Below are positions 34,997 to 45,223 of a stretch of 64,000 nt of DNA, piece after piece; position 1 is the stretch's first letter, and every line of letters begins with the position of its first letter. The stretch is from contig CP089277.1 in assembly GCA_023920165.1 (NCBI GenBank), forward strand, positions 1,302,001 through 1,366,000, written 5' to 3'. A program made the translations under genes and the position numbers. The DNA is from Curvularia clavata (lineage: Eukaryota). Below the pieces are notes generated by a model, which ran no database searches, was not told where the DNA came from, and saw nothing but the letters and a program-made list of their open reading frames with translations.

Positions 34997-36645
34997 ATGG
35001 CGCCGGTAGAAGTTCTCATGGTATGCAAACACCCCTGTTGGCAACACATCTCTGTTTTGCATGCCCTCTCTCTCTTGATCAGGTGTCAGGCCATGTAATA
35101 CGAAAGGCTGCATGTGGCTTTATCGGTCACGTAGTCAATCTTCCACCGTTTGAACACAATTTAAAGCTTACACGAGCTAATGCATCGTTTAGGTCGGTAC
35201 CGGAGAGTACACGACAGGATTCGTCGGAGGTGGCGCCTCGAAATCGGACAAGAAGGTCGGTGTTGTGGGATTAACCCTCTTTGACCTCCGAAGACGCGGC
35301 AAGGTGGGCAAGCTGTCCATGGTTGGCACATCAGGCGGCAAATTCCCTGCAATCCGTGAGTTACATGCTGCCCAACTATATATCATCATATGCAGGATGC
35401 TGATTCCGGTCAGGCGAGCATCTCCAAAAAAACATATCCGAAGCTTACAACAACTTGGACGTTTCTTTCGAGGAATTCCCAAAGGAGGGGAAGACTGACC
35501 CAAACGCCTACAAGACAGCAATTGATGCGCTCCCAAAGGGCAGTGCCAGTAAGTCGTAAATCTGGCATGCTTTACATGAGGAATCAAATTGACATGATCA
35601 GTTACAATCTTTACGCCTGACACCACTCACTATCCCATTGCTCTGTATGCCATTGAGCGCGGAATCCATGTCCTCATCACAAAACCCGCGGTGAAGCTGC
35701 TAGAACATCACCAGAAACTCCTCGAGGAGGCGAAGAAGCACAATGTCTTTGTTTACATTGAGCATCATAAGCGTTATGATCCTGCATACGCCGATGCACG
35801 ATTCAGGGCGCAGAAACTCGGCGATTTCAACTACTTTTACTCATATATGAGTCAACCAAAGTATGTTCTTTTTTTTCATACATTTCCAATCTGCTTCAAT
35901 AGTCTATGGTGGCTGACTAGATTTCCAGGAGTCAGCTAGAGACCTTCAAGGCATGGGCTGGTATTGATTCTGACATTTCCTACTATCTCAACTCTCATCA
36001 CATCGACATTAATGAGTTCTTGGTTCCTGGCTGGAAACCAGTGCGCGTCATGGCTAGCGCAGCCAAGGGAATAGCCACAGACCTAGGCTGCGATCCTGCT
36101 ACTGAGGATACAATCACATTACTCACCAATTGGGTGAAAAAGGATGACCCAAGCAAAGTCGCAACCGGCGTCTACACAGCTGGCTGGGCAGCGCCACAAA
36201 AGGCCGGTGTGCACTCCAATCAATATTTCCACTACATGGCATCGGGTGGAGAGATTCGCGTCAACCAGGCCAAGCGGGGTTACGATGTCACTGACGACGA
36301 GAACGGCTTGCTGTGGTACAACCCGTAAGTTTTGAGAAAGATGAGAAAAGGTCCTTGATTCAAATACTGAAAATTTCCAGTTTCTATATGAAGTATGCCC
36401 CTGACGAAGAGGGAAATTTTGCGGGCCAGATTGGCTATGGATACATCTCGTTTGAGAAGTTCATTGATGCTGTCAACAAGCTCAATGCGGGTGAAATCAC
36501 TCTCGACCAATTGGATACAAGGCCATTACCGACCCTAAGGAACACCATCGCGACCACAGCCATTCTAGAAGCTGGCCGAAGGTCTCTAGACGAGAAGCGT
36601 CCTATCGATATCGTCGAAGAAAACGGCGTTTGGTCTTTGAAGTAG
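34997..36645 (+). CDS. gaaA: D-galacturonate reductase (Gfo/Idh/MocA family), 413 aa; exons 34997-35020, 35193-35355, 35414-35548, 35602-35860, 35929-36324, 36381-36645
   Basis: [68 protein letters not shown] and [13 protein letters not shown] match GaaA/Gar2. Confidence 0.93.
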
Positions 36646-36959
36646 ATCACGCTAGTCCATAGTATAATCAAAATTATACTATGCACATGAACTAAACGCT
36701 CACCAGCATTTCAGCCACTAACTTGCTCTTCCACTTCCTGGTTGATCCCAGCTATGAACTAGGCCACTGTTATCCGCACACTATCCCCAGATCGCCTGTA
36801 TGGGGTCGTCCATCATAGCGCGTTTTCCACTTGGTACTGACCCACTGTAGACAGACCCCACTCCCATGCCCCGGATGTCAGATCATGCCAGGGCAAGCCT
36901 TTAGTGCAATCCCCGCAATGTGGCGTATGCAGTACCAAGGGCCCTCTGATCTGAAGATC

Positions 36960-38472
36960 AAAGAAGTGATCGGAGTGTCTTTAGCCTGTTCCCGCGACCA
37001 ACTCGGGTGAATCCACTCCGACACAACGGATAGGCTAATATGGCCACTTCAGCCCTGACGTTCTTAGTGTCCCTATTGTTTTCATGTGTGCATAAACCAA
37101 TAGCTGGCCATCCTGGCTCAGGTTTCGGCCAAAGGCGTGTCATGGGCTGTTTTGAACCTGGATTACCCGTTCCGAGGAACTCGTCGCTAAACCCTGTGGT
37201 GATCTTTGCTTCACGGGAGAGGCGTAGGAAGGGTAGACTGTGGATCTAACTGATGCACCACAGTTGTCGTTCCCGTCCCTAAACGTTTTGTTTTGCTGGT
37301 TCCGTTAGGGCGGTTAGTTACTCACCTACCACCCGTTCCCTTACTTAGCGATCAAAGGAGGTGGTGTGTGGGGGTCACGCTGCAGCCGTTATGCGACAGT
37401 GACATGCTGCACGCGCACCATGAACTGCCGATTGGAACAAGCTTCACGCAGACCCTGGATTTGCTCGTATGATCTTAACCGAGGGTTTGCATTTACCACA
37501 ATATCTATCTCGGTTGGTCTTGGCCTCCGGGGAACAGCCTTCATATATTTAGAAACAATTTCCCGGAAATGACCACAGTCGTTGCCGGTTTCACTTATCG
37601 ATGTCTCGTCTCGAATTTCGGTATTCACATTGGAAGACAATTTAAATTGTACGCTTCTGGAAACTTTCAATAGTGTGGGTTCAACCAGGTACTGGATTGA
37701 GTGCGTTGGGGATTCGTAGCTTGCTCTCTTTGTGCTAGTGTACTTTGATATTGCGGCAGGTCAATAGTGGCTGCGGGATGTGGCTTATAGAAACCGTTGG
37801 TGCGTTTTCTGTCGTATCATCGACATTTTCTGGCTATGTAGAAGCGAATTGAGCGCAAAACCGGCCACCCAGAGTCACTGATTTATGACATGTCAGTGAG
37901 TGTTCTTTAATCAAGCACCCACAACCATGTATTGGTTCTCAGACCGCAAATTCTTTTTGAGAATTTATGCCGGTGTATTCCGATCCGAGAGACAAGGCGC
38001 TGTGTAGTCCATAACAGCGTCAGCTACCATAACCAGGACCATATCCGATTTGATGCGAATGGGCAAGTTCACAGTAGAGTACCTCGTTCATTTGCGTACA
38101 TGCCACTGCCAATGCGTCTGTAAAACACGCTGCTGAATATCAAGCCGCACTCGGTGTTTGGATGAACTGTATATATCCAGTGTATCAACCTGGTTCGCGA
38201 GGAGCCACAGTGAGGGTTCGAAAACGCAGAAAGATCTCCTAGGCTGTGAAGTGTAGGTACCGGAATGCACGGAAACGTCGGTTACTTTGATAGAGAAATT
38301 GGTACGAGCAATTTGAATGAAACAGAAAACTTTTTATAGAAGCATGGGTAGCAGATCCAGTTTCGTGTAGTGGTATGGTTGTGACGGGCCTTATAGGAGG
38401 GTGTAGTATTACTGAAGATACCCAGGATAGCAGAGACATCAAAATCCCGGATGCACATGTGCAGGGAGTCCG
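36960..38472 (+). ncRNA. Candidate telomerase RNA (TER); 5' end uncertain
   Basis: No credible ORF and dense long helices. Template-like CTAAACCCT (37187-37195) is followed by P2a/P2b stems, a U-rich loop and a P3 pseudoknot pairing (37295-37301 with 37859-37865). An AU-donor intron-like element starts at 38473. See findings. Confidence 0.72.
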
Positions 38473-39990
38473 ATAAGATTATATGTGATGATCTCCACGG
38501 CTAATTCTACTCCTTTTTGGCCGTAGAACAGCCGCATGCTTATGGACCTCAATTCAAGCGTGTATTCTACCGCAGGAACGCAAATCCCCCTGATCGGATG
38601 TCGGCTGGTCTTCCACCGGCAGCTAGTGTTAGTAGTGTCTCCGTTGCACCGTTTGACGTTTTATTCATTAGTGGCGATACTTTAACTGGACGGCTGCTCG
38701 CCTAGAACGCCTTCAGCTTGTTTGTACCTGTATCGAACATATTGAACAACCCACCGGTAGATTTTATCGAGGAAGAGCGCCAAACTGTGGGCTATGGCTC
38801 GATGGAACGCGACTTTGACCTCTGCCGTGCTGTACCTAAACTCACATGGGAACCTGTCTTGGAAGTTGAGCGCATCATTCATGATTAGAGCATACTTTAC
38901 CAAAGCGAACATGTCTCGGCGAACTACTTAGGTTAGTGAAGCACCGCCATCAGGCTACCCACTGCGAATACTGCACCTCCCTTATATCATATGCAAGAAA
39001 ACTTCAAATAGTTGGCTCAGGTTACCGAGGCTGATTTACCTCATGCTTCACAACACACCACAAAGATCATTCTCTTCCCTCTCACTTCTCGAATATCCTG
39101 GATTCTGGAAACCCAGCCCAAGACTTCCTAGCAACTTGTTAAGATATCTAAATACTCTCACAAAAGTGCCTCGTTCTTACCGCCATTTTACAAGAACTAT
39201 GCCTTTGATGATATCCATTTAGAGACAGAAACACTCGCTATGATTAGACTGATAACTCATGGTCTATCCTATCTAAGTATCAGAAATGAACAAAGTCATC
39301 GGATGTTTTCCCGCGCCCTCCAAGTTCGTCAAAACCCTGTTTCTCCGAAATGGAAGAATGTTCGGTGTAGAGATTCATATCCACTCATATTGCTCTATCC
39401 CTCTATTCTCTTTACCTCTGGATTTCTTCTTAAGTATAACTTTTTCTTCAATACACTAGATTTCCATTTTAATCATAGTAAAGCAAACCTGATTCATATC
39501 TATATGAGATTTATATATTGTCTGCCTTAAATACACAATCGTGTATAGGCGCTATCACGCAACTAAACAAGAAGAAAATATAAACACTAATTTTACGCGA
39601 GAACCAGCGCGTGAAACTAAGTGAAGTAATACAACTGTGGCCAGATTAAGAAGCATGCAAATATGAACAACGAGAGAATAAAAAGATGTCTTGGACGCGA
39701 GGGCAGATCAATCACAGCTAAAAGTGAACGCAAGGAAAGATGTATCGTCATCACAGAAAGAGAACAGTCAAGAAAAATGCTCCTTTTCTCACTCAATCGC
39801 TCCATTCAAGCAAACAGCGATGCTATTATCAATCTACATGTGCATCTTCTACATCAGACTACCACTCCAGACTTAAAAAGTCCCCAAAGCTAATACAACA
39901 CAATCAGAAAAGGAGGAGTACATTGTATTAATCCCCTTCCCCTTCCGCTTATTTCTCATCTACACAAAAATGGCAAAACGAAAGACTTGA

Positions 39991-41274
39991 TTAATTCTCC
40001 TTCCCAACCTCATCCAGCTTCGCCATCATAGCCTGCACCTCCTTGACAAGCGCCTTCCTCTTGACTCTAGCATCCGGATCACCCTCTGTATCTACACCAT
40101 CGAGCTTGAAGATAATCTGCGTCAGAATCGTCTCGCTAAGCTTCTTGTATTCAAATGTCTTCTTTGCCTTGTCCTCAGGTGGATTCGACATGAACTGTAT
40201 GCACAAGGGGACCAACTCTGTGTGGAATTTGCTGGCAACGGCTTCGAGTTTTCCTATCGGGGTCTGAGGTTGCGAGGGTTTGGGTGTGTTTTGTGGAGGC
40301 GCAGAAGTAGGGCGCGGCGCGGCATGGGAAGGCATGGGAAGGTATTCGGCGCCGGCGCCGGCAGTGGTGTAGCCAGGTGTCGAGGTGCCAGAGTTGTTTG
40401 CAGACGAGGCTCCCTTCTTCTTGCTTTTTCTGCCACCCCGCTTGCGAGATTTCTTTTTCCCAGATGTGTTTACGCCCGAGTCGTTGCCGTCATCGTCATC
40501 GTCTTCGCCTTCACTCCAGGCCTGCTGGTGTGCATCCTCTGAAGCAGATGCATGGCCGCCGATAGGCGCCTCGCCCACTGTGACTAGAACCTCACTGCCA
40601 CTGCCATCACCACGTAGACCCTCTTCTCGTCCAGTTCGCTCGTCATACTTCAAATTCTTGCCCTTGTAGAACATGCGTATCTTTCGGTAGTCATCGACAC
40701 CCAACTTCTTCGCCGCAGCCTGTCGTACCGTGCCAATCTTCAGGTCCCCATCACGTATGCTATGCGCCGGGAAATGTGTAGGGTAATGAGTTCGTCCGTG
40801 CTTGAAGATAAGAACATCGGTTTCTCGCTCCGGGTTCTTATCGTCCCACTCTACAATCTCAGGTGTTGAGGCTTGGCCGTTTCGACGCAAATCTTCGTTT
40901 GTAATGTATGAGAAATCCGAATCGTTTACGACGCCTGAATTGGGGGAGTTGCCCGGGCGGCCAAAGGGCGAAAAGCGACCTCCCCAGCTGCCGCCGGCAC
41001 GAGAGAACCAAGACATGGCTACAATGATGGAAGCTAGTGCGATAGCAAGTGTAGTGAGGTAGGCCGGATCGTCGAAGCGAGGGTTGGTTACAATCTCGGC
41101 TATACCGGTCAAACCGTGGTGCTGCAGAAAGTGGACAGCCTTGGATAGTACGTCTGTAGGTTGATGCTCAGAACTGCTTGAGGGGGAATCTGTGCTGTCG
41201 CCTATTAGAGAGGTGTTGTTGAAGAAATTGAAGGATTTCTTCAATTCGTCGACTAGACTGTTCAGCGACGCCAC
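39991..41274 (-). CDS. BAG-domain Hsp70 co-chaperone with a ubiquitin-like domain; 341 aa from ATG 41016, 427 aa from GTG 41274
   Basis: C-terminal BAG helices EYKKLSETILTQIIFKLDGVDTEGDPDARVKRKALVKEVQAMMAKLD. Ubl-like segment IRMFYKGKNLK. The start codon is uncertain. Confidence 0.85.
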   Translation of the reverse strand: MASLNSLVDELKKSFNFFNNTSLIGDSTDSPSSSSEHQPTDVLSKAVHFLQHHGLTGIAEIVTNPRFDDPAYLTTLAIALASIIVAMSWFSRAGGSWGGRFSPFGRPGNSPNSGVVNDSDFSYITNEDLRRNGQASTPEIVEWDDKNPERETDVLIFKHGRTHYPTHFPAHSIRDGDLKIGTVRQAAAKKLGVDDYRKIRMFYKGKNLKYDERTGREEGLRGDGSGSEVLVTVGEAPIGGHASASEDAHQQAWSEGEDDDDDGNDSGVNTSGKKKSRKRGGRKSKKKGASSANNSGTSTPGYTTAGAGAEYLPMPSHAAPRPTSAPPQNTPKPSQPQTPIGKLEAVASKFHTELVPLCIQFMSNPPEDKAKKTFEYKKLSETILTQIIFKLDGVDTEGDPDARVKRKALVKEVQAMMAKLDEVGKEN

Positions 41275-41879
41275 GGTGGCCAAGTGAAAGCGCCCTGCTA
41301 GTTAGCAAGGCGTGATGAGTCCGCGCGTACTCAGATGACGTAGTAAGTAGTTGGGAAAGTCCTTGTGTGTGCAGTGGGGGCTGCTGCAAGCGGTCGGTAC
41401 TGTTCGTCGATCGGCCAAACGTATTAGCGACGTGACGTCGCATTGGGAAAAGGTCCGACTACCCTGCGCACGAGACCTGGCGCAGGGCTTAGTCACCATT
41501 AGTGCACATTATACACGTGATGCCGGGAACCATCAAGATACAATACAGAGAGTGAAGTCGCTGCAAGTGGAACATTCAATATGTGTACACAGTTTTCTGT
41601 TCAATATATAGTACAGTAGACATCAAAACCGAGTTCGTTCCATGCCGTGTCCATAGGACACATGAGATTCAGTAAACCGAGAGAGAAATTTTGACTGCTC
41701 GCACCCGAAGTAAAAGCCTTGGTGATTACGCTCAGTTGCAATGACGTAGGAAAAGACACGGATTTCATGAAGTTAGGAAAGTTGGCATCAGTCGTGTTAG
41801 TGGATTGCAGTTCCCATCCAGAACGCCAAGAACAAAAACAAAACAAAAAGTGAATGAGCAGGTTTGAACTAGCTGCATA

Positions 41880-44230
41880 TTAGACTTTGCTCCGTTTGGG
41901 TGTAGCTAGAAATGCGAGCCTCGACTTGCTGATGGTGCCAGATCGGCCTCCAGGGGTATGGCGTGGCAGCTTGCTAGGGCGAGTGGGAGTCTTCGGGGTA
42001 GACTCAAGGGTCTGCTTAACCTTTTTGGTCGAGCGTGTTTCCTCTTCGGCAGGTCGATCGTTCTCCTTATCGGAGCTCTCCTGTAGAGTGTCTAGCTTGC
42101 GCTTGTTGCCATCGGGAAGCGATGGAGCGTCGCTCTTGCGGACCATACGGATTGTACCAGCTGACGCAGGGCCTAGGAAAAGGTCAGTAATCGAATCAAG
42201 TTCAGTCAAGCCAGTTGTACATACCAAAGTTGACAGCTTGTCCAGACTCGAATGAGAAAGAGCGTGGGTGGTTAGGTGTATCACTACCGAACGTGAGGCG
42301 TCGTGATGGTGAGCCTTTCAGAGTTTCGACTTCTTGCGACAACTCCGATTGCTTGATAACAGCACTCAAGTTGGGATATAGTACAGCACCAGTGGGAACT
42401 TCACTTCCGGCCCTGAACTTCATCGGCGATGGTGACTTGCCCAATTCATCCTGTGACGCGCGTGCCAGAGTACTACTAGAGAAGTTGACGTGCTTCTTCA
42501 CAGGCGCCGTGGCTGGGATCGCGGACGAAGCGTTGCCCAGGTTCATAGTCTCAGGAGGCGCCATGTGTGTACCTGCTGCAATCTTACTAGGGTCATTTGA
42601 GAACTTACGATTGGGAGTGCGAAGAATAGAACGCACAAGCTGCAGGTTATGGCTTGCCTTGCGCAGGGTCTCTTTTGCACCATCCCTCATAGCCCGCAAT
42701 TGGGCAAGATTACTGGTTGGAGACGATGTCTGGTTTGCGGATGCCGACCTCGTATTGTTGACTGTAGAGGGTGATTTGCCAAGTGTGGAAATCATCGAGG
42801 TGGTTTTCGAGGCCTTGACGCTTTGTGAGCGGGCAGCTGAGGCCCTTGTGGGTGTCATTAGACGAGCAGCCAGACGAGGAAGCGCAGTCTGAGAAGTAAT
42901 CTTCCGCGCTGGGGTTGCAGTCGTGGTTGTGGAAACATCAGGCTCATGAGACGCATGACGGGCAGTAGCAGCATCATCAGACTCGGTGCGCTTGACACGT
43001 TTTGCAGCTGGATCGCAATCACCCTCGCCTTCTCGCGAGCCCGGACGACCGCCGCGGGCAGGGGTTGTTGTGCGGCGCGAAGACTCGGAACGCGGTAAGC
43101 CAGTGCCAGCAAGATCCATTTTCGACTGAGTACGTTTCAGCGGTGTCGGCTGAACCTTGCTTCCTGAATCCGATGTGGTGCTTGATTCTGCAACATCGAT
43201 CTTTGACTGTGTGCGCTTGAGTCGGTTTGCCTCTGGCTTTGCAACGTCTGGCTTTGAAGGCGATTTCTTGAGCGACTGGCCGATGACAGGTTTGAAACGA
43301 GCTGGGTCAGCACGGAATGCTGAAGGATGATTGGCGATGGAGTCCATGTTTTTGAATTGCTTCATGTGTGCATCGTTAAAGCGTGCCATTTTGCCCTTGG
43401 GTTCTGCCTTTTTACGTTTGGGAGAGACGTCGGCTTTCGAGGACCATTCGCTAGTGCCTGTCAAGTAGTCAGGATAAGAGGAAAATCTCGGCGGGCTCAC
43501 ATCGTCACATACCAAACAAGGCGCGACTGCCAGCGCCAGGCGTACCCGTGATACCAGCACTCTTCAAGATGTCGCGTGAGCTGGGGCTCAGTCCAGACTC
43601 ATCTGGTTTGAGTTCCTTGAGCAGAGAAGAAGGAGACTTGAACCGGAAGCGGAAATCCGGCGATGACTCGATGTTCGAAGAATTGCCTGCATTGGTAGGT
43701 ACGGGAGTCTTGGAAGGGGTGGCCTGGCCTGCTGCCAGACCAGCTGCTTTTGGCGGCGCAGTGTGCGCGCCCAGCGACTGGAATCCTAGCCAACGCGCCT
43801 CATCCAGAACCTTGGCTGTGCTCGCGTGATGATGCGCCGGGTGCATCTCCTGGCCTGCAGGTTTGATGGGTGTACGGTCCTTGGGTGTGCTGACGTCCAT
43901 GGGTGCAACGAGCGAGTTGGTCGAGTTGTTCTTATGCGGTGTAGGGGTAGCTATCGCTGTTGCTTGCGCTGGCTGCGATGTAGGCTGAGCGCCCTCAGAG
44001 GGCTTTGGCTGCGACGGGGTCTTCATGCCGGGCTCTGGTAGCTCTGGTAGCTCTGGAAGATCCGGAAGTCCTAGATCTGCAGCGGATGGAGTGTGCGAGC
44101 TGTTGTTCGACTTTGTTGAGCCATCAGGCGTGGCCTCGCGCTACAAACTGATCAGCAGATGTAAACAAACGCAATGAGAAAAGCAACACGAGTGCCGTAC
44201 CTTCAAGAGACGAGCAGAGCGACGCGCCAT
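41880..44230 (-). CDS. Basic Ser/Thr/Pro-rich conserved fungal protein, candidate NuSAP-like microtubule-associated protein, 727 aa; exons 44230-44201, 44140-43513, 43457-42225, 42172-41880
   Basis: Four exons join in frame through canonical introns. Motifs MARRSARL, EMHPAHHHAST, RFNDAHMKQFKNMDSI, RLMTPTRAS and RLAFLATPKR. Function inferred. Confidence 0.75.
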
Positions 44231-44660
44231 ATTGCACTGAGGGTTCAAGCGACCAGGCAGCTTGAATGAGCAAGGGAGGTGAGGGTGGAGAACGATGGTC
44301 TGTGGGTGGGGAGAGACGGGATGTGGGAGTTAATCGGCTAGGGCGTCGATAAACAAAGTGCACGGGCCTTGTCGCCTACAACACCGTAGAGCGACGTCAT
44401 AAGCTGGATCCTTTTAGTCTCGTTTAGTCGGTTTGTAGATGCGAGAGACAGGAGTATGAGAACTGAAGGCAACATGAGTGCCTTGAAGTGCTAGGTTCGA
44501 GTACAGCGGATTGTATTCGTCTCGGGTTATTCGTCAAAGCTGCAGCCAATATCGTCGGAATCAAAAAAGAAGAGAACCAAATTGACTGTGTTCTCGTCGA
44601 GTATCTGTATATGCTACATTGCACCAGATGATCTCAGTCAAGGTCCAATGCCTGAACCCA

Positions 44661-45223
44661 TTACCAGCCCTTTTCCGTCGTTTTGCCAAGCAGTACACCA
44701 GGGGGCTTAGCCAATCCTGCCTCAACACTCCTTTCTGCCTCCTCACGCAAAGACTCCTTGGTTGCCTCTTCAGCCTCCTTTTCTTTCTTTGCCTGCTCCT
44801 CGCTCTTCCATACGAAGTTGCCTGCTCCGCCTCTTCCGCTCCTCGCAATGGGCATTTCCTGGCCTTCGGGATGCCATGGTGTGCTGACCTGCGGAACAGA
44901 AGACGTTGGCATAGCAGTGGAATCGCCAGGTTGAGTAAAAGTGCCGTCTTTGCGCAGTTCAGTAGGTTGGTACCAGTTGCCTGCGCCGCCGCGGCCCGTG
45001 TGTGCATAGCTTTGCGATGAATTAGAAGGCTGTGCTGGGGCAGATGAACGGGAGGCCGGTGCGACAGGCGAGTTGGAGCGGTTCGCCTCAGTATCCTGGA
45101 TGCGGTGTCAACTTGGGCGCAACTGCCGAATTGCGAGGCATGTATAACACCCACCTCGGCAGCCCTCTTGCTCTCTTCCTGAGCTGCGTAGTAGTTCCCT
45201 GCGCCTCCTCGCCCGTACGCCAT
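44661..45223 (-). CDS. GRGGAGN-repeat protein (Par32/DUF3602-like), 167 aa; exons 45223-45155, 45095-44661
   Basis: Three GRGGAGN repeats after splicing a 59-nt intron (GTGGGT..TTGAC..CAG). Confidence 0.82.

Noticed and set aside
37277..37310. CCCTAAAC and TTAGGG as a telomerase template or interstitial telomere repeat
   Set aside because: The two sequences pair with each other as the P2b stem. A template must be single-stranded and upstream of the pseudoknot, and there is no tandem array.
7268..38472. Functional clustering of RNA-processing and telomere genes (pub1, pif1, snu13, msl5, TER candidate)
   Set aside because: They are interspersed with unrelated genes and share no evident regulatory signature; most likely chance.
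39601..39608. GAACCAGC, a perfect complement of the pseudoknot loop GCTGGTTC
   Set aside because: It lies 2.3 kb away, beyond the proposed 3' end at 38472, so the closer A-rich partner at 37857-65 fits better. Revisit if the RNA proves longer.
39000..39990. AT-rich stretch as a RIP-degraded transposon
   Set aside because: No terminal repeats or transposase/RT remnants were recognised. It is consistent with 3' UTR and terminator sequence.
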